DNA from: Fibrobacterota bacterium
GTDB taxonomy: Bacteria > Fibrobacterota > Fibrobacteria > UBA5070
DNA length: 64,000 bases
NCBI GenBank assembly: GCA_016715065.1
Contig: JADKBN010000002.1
Location: 212,286 to 276,285, forward strand
Direction: 5' to 3'
In this document: in pieces, positions 18,832 through 28,089 of the stretch
Position numbering within the stretch: the first letter of the stretch is position 1
How the letters are laid out: every line of letters starts with the position of its first letter
The notes under the pieces: generated by a model
Told to the model about the DNA's origin: nothing
Database searches by the model: none
Seen by the model: the letters and a program-made list of their open reading frames with translations, nothing else
Position numbers and translations under genes: made by a program

Positions 18832-20157
18832 TTACCGCAACACCTTCAGCAGGTGTTCCACGTCGTTTCGCAGGGTCACGGAGTCCTTCATTTCCTTGCC
18901 GACCTTGTCGCAAGCGTGGATGACGGTGGAGTGGTCGCGGTCGCCGAAGTGTCCGCCAATGGACTTGTAGGGCAGTTGGGTGAGCTGTTTGGCCAGGTAC
19001 ATGGCCACTTGGCGGGCGTGGCTCACATCCTTGGTGCCGCGGTTTTCGGCAAACAGGCTCGGGGATTCCACACGGTAGTAGTCGGCCACCACCTGGGCGA
19101 TTTCCTGCGGCGAAAACCGACGCGTGGATCCGCGCGGTGCTTGGGCCTCCACCACATCCTGCGCCAGGCGCAAGGTGACGTTGCCGCCCTGGATGCTGGC
19201 CTCCAGGATCAGGCGGCGCACGATGCCTTCCAGGTGGCGGATGTTGGTGTCGATGTTCTCTGCGATGTAGGAGATGATCTCTTCGGAGAGATCCAGGTTT
19301 TCTTCCTGGGCTTTGTTGCGCAAAATGGCTTCGCGGGTGTCTCGGTCGGGCGGCTGGATGTCCACCGAAAGACCCCACTGGAAGCGGCTCACGAGCCGTT
19401 CTTCCAGGCCCTGCAATTCGCCGGGCGAGCAGTCGGAGGTCAGTACGATCTGGCGGTTTGACTGGTGGAAGGCGTTGAACAGATGGAAAAATTCCTGTTG
19501 CAGCGCGTCGCGTCCCACCAAAAACTGGATGTCGTCCATCAACAGCACGTCCACCTGGTTTCGATAGTAGCTGGAGAAATCGTTGACCAGGTTTTTTTGG
19601 ACGTGGTAGATGTACTGGTTCTTGAAGTCGTCGGTGGGAACGTACCGCACCCGGATTTCCGGGAATCGGGTTTCGATCTGGTTGCCGATCGCTTGCAGAA
19701 GGTGGGTCTTGCCCAGTCCGGATCCACCGTAGATCATGAGCGGATTGAAGCGCGTCCGTCCGGGAGCGTCGGCCACCGCTTTGGCAGCCGAATGCGCGAA
19801 CTGCGAGTTGCCACCCACGACGAAGGTATCGAACGTGAAGCGCGGGTTCATCAGCACCGGCGCGATTTCGCCGCCGCGTGGCTCGGGGCTGGCTTGCAGC
19901 ACCGGACGGCTCTGCTGCAGAGATAGCCTAGGTGTGGAGCCCACGGTTTGTTCGGCGGCCATTTCCACCAGGCCCTGGAAACTTTTGCGGAAGGCTTCCA
20001 GAGGGAAGTCGGCGGGAGCCTCCAAAATCAATGAGGTCTGGGAAAATTCCAGGCATCGCAACGGAGCGATTTGGCGCGCATGGACTTCCGGAGCCAACAT
20101 GCGCTGCAGGACTCCCGCGGCCTTCGCCCAGAGGATGGAAGATTCGGACCCGATCAT
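18832..20157 (-). CDS. dnaA: Chromosomal replication initiator protein DnaA
   Basis: Start at MIGSESSILW (ATG 20157); AAA+ motifs GGSGLGKTHLL and LLMDDIQFL; C-terminal DNA-binding helix-turn-helix ...VSHARQVAMYLAKQLT...HSTVIHA. Confidence 0.9.
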   Translation of the reverse strand: MIGSESSILWAKAAGVLQRMLAPEVHARQIAPLRCLEFSQTSLILEAPADFPLEAFRKSFQGLVEMAAEQTVGSTPRLSLQQSRPVLQASPEPRGGEIAPVLMNPRFTFDTFVVGGNSQFAHSAAKAVADAPGRTRFNPLMIYGGSGLGKTHLLQAIGNQIETRFPEIRVRYVPTDDFKNQYIYHVQKNLVNDFSSYYRNQVDVLLMDDIQFLVGRDALQQEFFHLFNAFHQSNRQIVLTSDCSPGELQGLEERLVSRFQWGLSVDIQPPDRDTREAILRNKAQEENLDLSEEIISYIAENIDTNIRHLEGIVRRLILEASIQGGNVTLRLAQDVVEAQAPRGSTRRFSPQEIAQVVADYYRVESPSLFAENRGTKDVSHARQVAMYLAKQLTQLPYKSIGGHFGDRDHSTVIHACDKVGKEMKDSVTLRNDVEHLLKVLR

Positions 20158-20180
20158 GAGATGGAGCGAAACGTAGCCAT

Positions 20181-21785
20181 TTGGAGGATGGGCCAACGGA
20201 AGCGGGTTTGTCTGGGGTGATTGACTCGCGGGATTCCAGGTTGGATACTCAGGGCATTCACCACCCAATCCGGAGAGACCTACGTGAAAAAAACCTTCTG
20301 CTTGCCTCGCTTTTGGGGCTGACTTTCGCAACTTCGGTGCAGTCCGCCAAGCCCTTGGAGCTGTGGATCATGCCCAACGGGGCCAATCCCCAGGCGATCG
20401 TGGAGGAGCGCTTGGCGGCCTTCACCAAAGAAACCGGTTTGCCTGCCAAGGTGGTGGTGCTCGATTGGGGGAGCGCCTGGAACAAGATCGACGAGGGCTT
20501 GAAGACCGGCAAGGGACCGGACGTGGTGCAGTTGGGAACCACTTGGGTTTCCTATTTCGCCTCCCAAGGGTATCTGGCATCGTTGGATGGCCAGGCTCAA
20601 GAGTTGAAATTCGACCGGTTTTTGGGCACCAGCCGAAAAACCACAAAAATCGATGGAAGCGACACAACCTGGGCCGTCCCGTGGTTCATGGATGTGCGCG
20701 TGCTCCTGGCCAACCAGCGGATCCTGGATTCGCTCAAAATCACCGCTGCCGAAGTGGCCACCTGGGATGGCTATCGCAAAGCCTTGCGGAAGATCCGTGA
20801 CGCGAAGTTGCTGAAGGAAGGGGTCACGCCCATCCACGCCTACGGGTTTCCCGGCAAGAGCGACTGGAACATTCCTCACAATTTCGCACCCTGGGTCTGG
20901 TCCGAGGGCGGAGATTTCGTGAAGAAAGGCGCCGATGGCAAATGGTCCTCGGCGCTCATGGACAAGGCCACCGTGCAGGGAATCTACCGCTACATCTCCT
21001 TCGTGAAGGATTCCCTGGTCAACCCCAAGGCGCTTTCGCAGAACACCTCCGACATTTCCAAGCTCTTCAGCGTGGGAGAGCTCGTGTTCATCCTCGGGAC
21101 TTCCGAGCTGGTCACGCAGGTGCGGATTTCCACCGATTCCGGCGGCATGCGCAGTTCCGCCATCGGGAAGGCGGGCATCCGCGTGATCCCCGTTCCGGCG
21201 GGCCCGTCTGGTTCGGTCGCCTTCGTGGGCGGATCCGACCTGGCCCTGCCCAAGGCCAAGGCCAAGGACGCCAACGCCCTCAAACTCCTGCAATTTTTGA
21301 CACGTTCCGACAACCTCGACATCTACACCCGCAAGATCGGGTTCATTCCTGCAGACCAGACCGTGCTCCAGGATTGGGCCAAGGATTCGTCCTACAAGGT
21401 GATCGTCGAGGCCGCCGCCAAGGGCAAGGCATATCCAGGCATCCCCCAGTGGGGTGGCATCGAACAGCAGCTTTCCAGTCTGTTCGCCAACGTATGGGGA
21501 ATGCTGGGTGAAGGCGGCTACTACTCCGACGAAGAGCTCTACAAAGCCTTGGTCCAGTACGATGCCCGCATCGATTCTTCGCTGGGCGCCAAATCGCAAC
21601 CGATGTCGTTGGATTCCTTCAAGGTCGTCGTCGGTCAGATCAAGGAATCCTCCGGCGAGGCGAAGGTGGAAGGTGCCGCTTCCGAAAATTCCGCCGGGGG
21701 CGTTCCCTGGGCGGTGGTGGCGGTCGCAGGAGTGATCGTGCTGGCTGGCGTCGGATTCGCTCTCAGTCGTCGCAAGTCCGCCTAA
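20181..21785 (+). CDS. ABC transporter extracellular solute-binding protein (family 1, sugar/oligosaccharide type)
   Basis: Signal peptide KNLLLASLLGLTFATSVQSA; periplasmic-binding-protein fold motifs; the true start is probably an internal TTG/GTG (20208-20241) because the ORF start at 20181 gives a 38-aa pre-signal extension. Confidence 0.65.
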   Translation: MEDGPTEAGLSGVIDSRDSRLDTQGIHHPIRRDLREKNLLLASLLGLTFATSVQSAKPLELWIMPNGANPQAIVEERLAAFTKETGLPAKVVVLDWGSAWNKIDEGLKTGKGPDVVQLGTTWVSYFASQGYLASLDGQAQELKFDRFLGTSRKTTKIDGSDTTWAVPWFMDVRVLLANQRILDSLKITAAEVATWDGYRKALRKIRDAKLLKEGVTPIHAYGFPGKSDWNIPHNFAPWVWSEGGDFVKKGADGKWSSALMDKATVQGIYRYISFVKDSLVNPKALSQNTSDISKLFSVGELVFILGTSELVTQVRISTDSGGMRSSAIGKAGIRVIPVPAGPSGSVAFVGGSDLALPKAKAKDANALKLLQFLTRSDNLDIYTRKIGFIPADQTVLQDWAKDSSYKVIVEAAAKGKAYPGIPQWGGIEQQLSSLFANVWGMLGEGGYYSDEELYKALVQYDARIDSSLGAKSQPMSLDSFKVVVGQIKESSGEAKVEGAASENSAGGVPWAVVAVAGVIVLAGVGFALSRRKSA

Positions 21786-21807
21786 GCAGTTCGCAAGGAG
21801 TCCCTCG

Positions 21808-24435
21808 ATGGTTCGCAAGATCCCGTTCAAAAGTCGCTTCGTCGTTCGTTTCCTGGCCGCTCTCGTGGCGGTGCAGGTCGCCGCCATGGGGGTTTCCGGC
21901 TGGTACTTCTCCAACCGAGCGGGGAAGGCGGCGGTGGAGAAGGCCTACTCGGCCGACGAATCCACCGTCAAGTCGGTGGCTTCCTACCTGGAGGCGAGCT
22001 TCCGCGGATTTGGACAGGATCTGACGCTCCTTGCGGCGACCCCGGCCATGACCTCGTTCGAGAAGCTCCAAGCGGGCGATTTCATGAAAAACTACACGGT
22101 ATCCTCGCTGTTCGTGTCCGGCGAGGACCTGATCCTCTACGACAAGGACCGAAGGCGCGTCGCCGACAATCGCATGACCGGCGATGCTTCCGACACCTCC
22201 CGCTTCGCCTGGGCCGAACGGGTCGAGGCCATCCGGCCCTTCGTGGGGCCCGTGATCTGGAACGGCGATTCCCCATCAAGGTTGTTCGCCGTGGTGGTCC
22301 AGAACCTCGCCACGGGATCCGGTTACCTGCAGGCCCAGTACTCCATGCGACGCGTGTTCCAATACCTGACCGACACCAGAGTGGGCCAAAAGGGATTCGT
22401 GCTTGTGGTGGACGAAAAGGGGCAGGTTCTGTACCATCCGCAACCCAAGTTCCTGCATGACCGTGCGACCCTGGAAAGCCTGGGGATCAAGGGAGTGCAG
22501 CCGGCCATCTGGAAGATCTCGGCGCCCACCGAATTCGAGCTCGTCGATGGCGAGCGCTACATGGTCAACTACGCATGGATCGCCGACCATCATGTCGGCG
22601 TGGTTTCGCTTCACCCCATGTCAGAAATTGACACAGTTGTCGCCGATACCCGAAACGGCGTGATGGCCCTGATGGGGTTGGTGCTTCTGGCGACGATCCT
22701 CGTTTCGGCCGTGCTGGGGGTCCGCATGGTGGCGCCGCTCAATCTGCTGGCGGGAAAGATGCAGGCGGTGCGCGACGGCGACATGACCGTCGAATCGGGC
22801 ATCAAGAGGCCGGACGAGATCGGATTGCTCGCGGAGGTGTTCGATCTCATGCGCGAGCGGATCCGCCAGTACACCGAGCACCTGGAAGAGCTCGTGGACG
22901 AGAAGATGCGCCAAGTCAGGGACATCCTGGACTCGATCGACCAGGGACTCCTGACGGTGAACCTCGACGGCACCGTGAACCCGGAGCACTCGCGCAAGGC
23001 CAGCTCCATCCTTCATGTGGAGGATCTCGCCAAGTCCGGAGTGCACCAGGCTCTCCACCTATCCGAGGAGGGCCTGACGGATTGGAAGGCCTGGGTGGAT
23101 CTGGTGGTGCAAAAACACATGAGCATGCGGTGGGACAAGCTCGCCAAGGTCGCACCGGTGCGCGAGCTTCAGCTGGGCGATCCAGACGACCCCAAATACG
23201 TCCAGGTGGCATATCAAAAAATGCTCGACAAGCAGGACAAGCTCACCAAGATCATGATCCTCGCTCAGGACGTGACGGAAACGCGCCGCATCGAGCGGAT
23301 CGTGATGGAAGAGAAAGCCCGCCACGAAAACGAGGTCAAGACCATCCTGGGGCTGGTGAACACGTTGCCGGAAGTCCTCCAGGATTATTTCGAGGATCTC
23401 GAACGGCGGATGGTCACCTTGCGCTCCGGGCTGGTGGAATTGCTCGAGGAAGCTCGCCGCGCCCGGGCCGAATTTCCCGAAGGAAGGCCACTTTCGATCG
23501 ACCAGGATCTGGTGGCCTCGGTGTTTCGCGATTTGCACACCATCAAGGGGAACTCCGCCACCTACGGATTCGAAAAACTCACCCACATCGCCCACGAAGC
23601 GGAGGAATTGGTGGAGGCGCTGCGTCCACCCATCGAGGTGCGGTCGGAGGCCACCATCGAGGGTGCTCGCGCCAAACTCGACGAAATGGCCGAGGCGATC
23701 GAGGATATCCGCGCGGTGGGGCGGAAATTGTCAGGCGGCGACGAGTTGGTCCTGCGCATCCCGGAGTCGCGCTTGGAGTCCATCCGCGATCTGGCGCTGG
23801 GTTTGTCGCGGGAGGGAGGCCTTTCCCCGCAGGCCGCGCGCCTGGTCGAGGCTTGCCGGGAAGTCCGCAACATCCCTTTGGCGAGGCTGACCGAAAAATA
23901 CGCGAGCGTGGTGCGCCGCCTGGCCGAGCGGCTGGACAAGCAGGTCCGGTTCCAGACCGTGCCCGCCGATCTGGAGGTGGATCCCCATTTCCTGGGTCGC
24001 TTCGACGAGGCCTTGGTGCACTTGGTGCGCAACGGGGTCGATCACGCCATCGAGCTGCCGGAGGAGCGCGAGGACGCGGGCAAGCCGGCGGAAGGGAGCC
24101 TTCGCTTGAGCGCCAGGATTTCCGCGAGGGAAGTCGAGCTGGTGCTGGAGGACGACGGCAAAGGCATCGATGGCGATCGACTGGTGGCCAAGGCCATCGA
24201 AGCGGGAACGATCCGGGCTCAGGAAGCCGACATGATGTCGTGGCAGCAGAAGATCGAATTGGTTTTCCAGTCTGGTATTTCGACGGCCGCCGAAGTCACC
24301 GAGCTCTCCGGTCGAGGGGTGGGAATGGACGCGGTGATGAGCGGAATCCTCACCATGGGAGGCCGGGTCGAGTTGTGGTCGGAGTTGGGCAAGGGCACGC
24401 GAGTGACCCTTGCGCTGCCCCGAGAGGGGCTCTGA
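21808..24435 (+). CDS. Membrane-bound hybrid sensor kinase with a periplasmic Cache-like sensor, HAMP, an HPt (CheA P1-like) domain and a CheA-type HATPase, lacking a CheW-like P5 domain
   Basis: TM1 FVVRFLAALVAVQVAAMGV, TM2 VMALMGLVLLATILVSAVLGV; HPt motif DLHTIKGNSATYGF; HATPase HLVRNGVDHAIE...GKGID...GRGVGMDAV. Confidence 0.7.
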   Translation: MVRKIPFKSRFVVRFLAALVAVQVAAMGVSGWYFSNRAGKAAVEKAYSADESTVKSVASYLEASFRGFGQDLTLLAATPAMTSFEKLQAGDFMKNYTVSSLFVSGEDLILYDKDRRRVADNRMTGDASDTSRFAWAERVEAIRPFVGPVIWNGDSPSRLFAVVVQNLATGSGYLQAQYSMRRVFQYLTDTRVGQKGFVLVVDEKGQVLYHPQPKFLHDRATLESLGIKGVQPAIWKISAPTEFELVDGERYMVNYAWIADHHVGVVSLHPMSEIDTVVADTRNGVMALMGLVLLATILVSAVLGVRMVAPLNLLAGKMQAVRDGDMTVESGIKRPDEIGLLAEVFDLMRERIRQYTEHLEELVDEKMRQVRDILDSIDQGLLTVNLDGTVNPEHSRKASSILHVEDLAKSGVHQALHLSEEGLTDWKAWVDLVVQKHMSMRWDKLAKVAPVRELQLGDPDDPKYVQVAYQKMLDKQDKLTKIMILAQDVTETRRIERIVMEEKARHENEVKTILGLVNTLPEVLQDYFEDLERRMVTLRSGLVELLEEARRARAEFPEGRPLSIDQDLVASVFRDLHTIKGNSATYGFEKLTHIAHEAEELVEALRPPIEVRSEATIEGARAKLDEMAEAIEDIRAVGRKLSGGDELVLRIPESRLESIRDLALGLSREGGLSPQAARLVEACREVRNIPLARLTEKYASVVRRLAERLDKQVRFQTVPADLEVDPHFLGRFDEALVHLVRNGVDHAIELPEEREDAGKPAEGSLRLSARISAREVELVLEDDGKGIDGDRLVAKAIEAGTIRAQEADMMSWQQKIELVFQSGISTAAEVTELSGRGVGMDAVMSGILTMGGRVELWSELGKGTRVTLALPREGL

Positions 24436-24436
24436 G

Positions 24437-24796
24437 TTACTCGGGCCGCACGCCCATCCGTACGCCCATTTCGATCGATCCGGATGCCTTCAGCGCATGG
24501 GCCGCGAACCCTTGCGCGAGAATTTGCCGGAAGATGTCCTCCACGTCCAACCCCAAGGCGGAGGTTCCGCGGGTGAGAGTGACGCCCGCCTTGTAGGGAC
24601 GCACGGAATGCAGATCTTCGTCCAGCGTGGAGGGAAACTGAAGAGTGGAAAGGTCCGTGCCGGCGATCACCGACATCAGCTTGGAACGGTCCGTACTTGC
24701 GCGGTAGATGTCGATTTCCATGACCTCCGCGGAGGAATCCGCGGGAGGCGCCGAAGAAGCGGGGGCTTCGTTGGATGGCTGAGAATGGATTTTCAT
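24437..24796 (-). CDS. Hypothetical small protein (119 aa)
   Basis: ATG 24796 preceded by an AAGGAA ribosome-binding site; no recognised domain; convergent with and abutting the kinase stop codon. Confidence 0.4.
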   Translation of the reverse strand: MKIHSQPSNEAPASSAPPADSSAEVMEIDIYRASTDRSKLMSVIAGTDLSTLQFPSTLDEDLHSVRPYKAGVTLTRGTSALGLDVEDIFRQILAQGFAAHALKASGSIEMGVRMGVRPE

Positions 24797-24965
24797 GCGG
24801 AAGTTCCTTGGAGAAGGTTCAAGTTGAGGAGTCAGGTGGTTTCGATGGTAGCAACCAGGTCGCAGCTTGGGAGGATTCCTTTGCCACCAAAGGTGGCGGA
24901 ACTCTGCGAGCATTTCAGTGCGAGTCTCCTGAAGGGTCGCTCTGGGGTCAGATCTTCGTGAGCGA

Positions 24966-25997
24966 TCAGCCTTGGGAAAGGCGCAGGGCGATGTAATCCA
25001 CGGCGGCGATCAATTTCGGATAATGCATCCGCGTGGGGCCAAGCACGCCAACGCTCCCCTTGGCATTGCCCAAATGGTAGTTGCGGGTGACCAGGGAAAG
25101 GCTTCGCAGGTGCTCCACCCGGTTTTCCGAACCGATGGTGATGCAAGCGGCACCTTCGTGGCCGATCCGGTCCTGCAGGAGCTGGGCGAGGATGGAGCGG
25201 TCCTCCATGAGCTGGACCAAATTCACCATAGAGCGTCTTTCGCCCATCTCTGGTTGGCTCAGCACGTTCCCCACGCCTTGGAGGTAGGCGTCGTGTGAAC
25301 GGACGGGATGGGAGACCTCCAGCAGGGATCGCAGGATGAGGCCGGTGAGCTTGTCGTGGAGCGGGTCTTCCGCCGGGCGGATTTCGCCGGATTCGATGCT
25401 TTGGAGGTTCCGCTGGAGTTCCTGGGGCGTTCGTCCCAAGGCGGTGAGATGGACCTTCCGGACCAGGTCCGAGAGGTCTTCCCGCGAAAGAGCCGTCCCG
25501 GTGTCAACGGAAATCGAGCGGACCAATCCGGATCCGAAGCTGGCCACCAACAAAAGAGTGGTGTCGGCGACCGGCACCAATTCCAGCCGATCCAACCGGC
25601 TTTGGTCCAACACGGGTGCGATCGCCACGCCCAAGAGTCGTGTGATTTCCGCCAAGGCCAGCGCGGCGGCGGCGAGCAATTGGTCTTCCGATCGAGCGGC
25701 GGAGAGCGTGGCGTCCACCACCATGCGCTCCTGTTCCGAAAGGGATGTGGAAGGCATCATCTGGTCCACCCAGATGCGGAATCCACGTTCCGTAGGTTGT
25801 CTGCCCGCCGAGGTGTGCGGTTGGTCGATCAGCCCCATTTCTTCCATGTCGCTCATCACGTTGCGGATGGTCGCAGGAGAAAGGGCGTCCTCGATGTCCT
25901 TGCTCACCTGCCGGGACCCGACGGGCTCGGCGTTGCCGATGTAGCGGCGCACGATGGACGAGAGAACAGTCCGCTGGCGCTCCGTTAGATGTGGCAT
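24966..25997 (-). CDS. hrcA: Heat-inducible transcription repressor HrcA
   Basis: N-terminal winged helix LTERQRTVLSSIVRRYIGNAEPVGSRQVS; HrcA length and C-terminal domain. Confidence 0.85.
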   Translation of the reverse strand: MPHLTERQRTVLSSIVRRYIGNAEPVGSRQVSKDIEDALSPATIRNVMSDMEEMGLIDQPHTSAGRQPTERGFRIWVDQMMPSTSLSEQERMVVDATLSAARSEDQLLAAAALALAEITRLLGVAIAPVLDQSRLDRLELVPVADTTLLLVASFGSGLVRSISVDTGTALSREDLSDLVRKVHLTALGRTPQELQRNLQSIESGEIRPAEDPLHDKLTGLILRSLLEVSHPVRSHDAYLQGVGNVLSQPEMGERRSMVNLVQLMEDRSILAQLLQDRIGHEGAACITIGSENRVEHLRSLSLVTRNYHLGNAKGSVGVLGPTRMHYPKLIAAVDYIALRLSQG

Positions 25998-26157
25998 GGG
26001 ATCCATGGATCCCTTCGGCAAGGACTCGGACATGGCTCCAATCTACCCTCTTGATCGCCCCAGGCGGTCGTTGTCCGTGCAGGGCTTCGGGAAGTCATGG
26101 CCAAGTCGGGAGACAGTTTGTTTCATTCCTGGCACACTGCCCGTTCAGGAGGTCGAC

Positions 26158-27810
26158 GTGCGTTCGTTCATGACCCTGCTTTTGCCGCTTGCGGCCGCGC
26201 CATACGCTTCGGATATCGTCTATCCGCAGTCGTTTCACTGGAACGGGACCCGGGGCCTCACCCAGACGCGATCCGGAGAGGCGCTGGGAGAAGGAACGAT
26301 GGCGATTTCCGTCCAGGGAAGTTACCACCAGGTGGAGCGGCCGGGTGCACTCCTGAACGGGGCGGATTTCCACGCAAGCACCGTCGGGTTGGGGCTTGGG
26401 GTGTCTGACTGGGCCGATGTTTCCGGCTGGACGAGCTTCTACAACGTCCCGGCCGATTTGGGGGTTTCGACCAACGTGGGATGGGGGGCGTCGGGTGGGC
26501 AGTTGCAATTGACCGCGCCATGGGATACCTCATATTCATTCCGCCTGGCCATCCAGGGGGGATTGGTCACTGGAACCTCCGCGGGCGCGCCGGAAGTTCC
26601 AGTGAGAAAGAATGGACAGATTCTGGCAGACGGGTGGAACTATTTCGAGACTCGCACGGGTTACGATTTCCAGGTCCGTTTGATCCAGACCTTCCGGTGG
26701 GGTTCGGTGAGTTTTCCCGTGCGGATCCATTTGAACGAGGGCATGAACCATTCCATCCAACCCGGCACGGAGGATCTCGCGCTGTTGGATGCGGCGTTGG
26801 AGTTGGATCCCCACCCCATCCTGAGCATCGGCTTCGAAGGCCATTCCAGGACGCGACTCGATGCCATGGATCTGGGCGAGCGCACCTGGGCGACCGGATC
26901 GCTCACGTTCCATCTTCCCGCCGAAGTCCAGTTGTTCGCCGGGGTGGATGTCCGCGCCTGGGGCGAGCGCAAGGAAGCGGCGGTCGCCGTTCCTGGAGAG
27001 CCACAGCCGGTCGCTTTCCGAAACACGATGGATCCTTGGAGGGCCTTCTACGGCTTGTCGGTCCCCTTCGATCTGGCTGCTTCCGTCAAGCGAGATCGTG
27101 CCGACATCCGGCGCAACGATTCCCTGGAACGGCTGGCGCTGCGGGGGAAGGTGGTCGACTGCGAAGCCCAGGGGGTGAAGCTCGGACAGCGCATCGACAG
27201 CTTGCGCGGCGCCGTGCGCGAAGCGCAATTGGCCAAGGACTCGCTGATGTACAAGTCCAAGCTCGATTCGATCGCGGTGGACAATTGCCGTCACAACGCG
27301 AAAAACCAGGTGGCCCGCATGAACGACAGCCTCGCCCGCCGGTCCAGCCAGGACTCCTTGGCGCTGGCCGATGCGCGTCGCCAGATCGAGGAGGAACGTC
27401 TCAAGCGCGGAGACCTGGAGGCATCCTTCCTCAAAACAGGCATGATGAACCTGGATGCGGTCTATTTCGAGCTGGGCAAGGCGACCATCACCGCATCCTC
27501 CCGCCCCTACCTGAACCTGATCGGAGCGATCCTGGTCAAGTACCCCAAACTTCGCTTCGAGGTGGGTGGGCACACCGACAACCAGGGCAAGCCCGGCACC
27601 AACCTCAAGCTTTCCCAATCCCGCGCCCAGGCGGTCAAGAAATACCTCGCGGGTCTCCACCCGGAACTCGGATCGACGGTCTCGGCCAAAGGCTACGGTG
27701 ACACCAAGCCCAAGGCGACCAACAAGTCTGCCGAAGGACGCGAGATGAATCGACGGGTGGAGATCGTGGTGACCAACCTCGAAGCCCTGAAGGAATACGC
27801 CAAGCCGTAA
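26158..27810 (+). CDS. OmpA-family outer-membrane protein with a central coiled coil
   Basis: AGGAGG ribosome-binding site then GTG 26158 (VRSFMTLLLPLAAA signal peptide); C-terminal OmpA domain LDAVYFELGKATI...GHTDNQG...NRRVEI. Confidence 0.75.
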   Translation: MRSFMTLLLPLAAAPYASDIVYPQSFHWNGTRGLTQTRSGEALGEGTMAISVQGSYHQVERPGALLNGADFHASTVGLGLGVSDWADVSGWTSFYNVPADLGVSTNVGWGASGGQLQLTAPWDTSYSFRLAIQGGLVTGTSAGAPEVPVRKNGQILADGWNYFETRTGYDFQVRLIQTFRWGSVSFPVRIHLNEGMNHSIQPGTEDLALLDAALELDPHPILSIGFEGHSRTRLDAMDLGERTWATGSLTFHLPAEVQLFAGVDVRAWGERKEAAVAVPGEPQPVAFRNTMDPWRAFYGLSVPFDLAASVKRDRADIRRNDSLERLALRGKVVDCEAQGVKLGQRIDSLRGAVREAQLAKDSLMYKSKLDSIAVDNCRHNAKNQVARMNDSLARRSSQDSLALADARRQIEEERLKRGDLEASFLKTGMMNLDAVYFELGKATITASSRPYLNLIGAILVKYPKLRFEVGGHTDNQGKPGTNLKLSQSRAQAVKKYLAGLHPELGSTVSAKGYGDTKPKATNKSAEGREMNRRVEIVVTNLEALKEYAKP

Positions 27811-27842
27811 TCCTTGCTCCCGCGCGAAGGTGTTCCAAGGCT

Positions 27843-27880
27843 GGAGGACGTGATCGTCCGCCAGCCTTTTTTCGATTCCT
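27843..27880 (+). terminator. Rho-independent terminator after the OmpA-family gene
   Basis: GGCTGGAGGACGTGATCGTCCGCCAGCC followed by TTTTTT. Confidence 0.55.
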
Positions 27881-28089
27881 CGGAGGGAATGGAAAGGCAG
27901 GGGTCCCGGGCGGGTCTGACATTTTGTCAGGGCAATTTTTGGAAAGCAGCCAGAATGGGAATGGTCGAAACCTTACACTCGGAAGGAACGTCGGACCTGG
28001 AGCCACCCTAGAGATCGCATCCCTTCAATTGGACCATCGTGGTTAGGGAGGTGCCCGCCTGGACCGATGTTCGTTCGAGGGATGGCCCG

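Noticed and set aside
20280-21914. 544-aa minus-strand ORF antisense to the solute-binding-protein gene
   Set aside because: No motifs. The plus-strand product is a recognisable solute-binding protein with a signal peptide.
24797-24965. Hairpin GCCACCAAAGGTGGC downstream of hrcA
   Set aside because: Short 6-bp stem with no U-tract on the relevant strand, so it is not convincing as a terminator.
25998-26157. Expected CIRCE operator (TTAGCACTC-N9-GAGTGCTAA) upstream of hrcA
   Set aside because: Not found anywhere in the 160 bp upstream. hrcA here is also not followed by grpE-dnaK, so regulation may differ.
26125-26160. Sigma-54 -24-like TGGCAC upstream of the OmpA-family gene
   Set aside because: No TTGC(A/T) -12 element at the required spacing. 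The sequence instead carries an AGGAGG ribosome-binding site for the GTG start.
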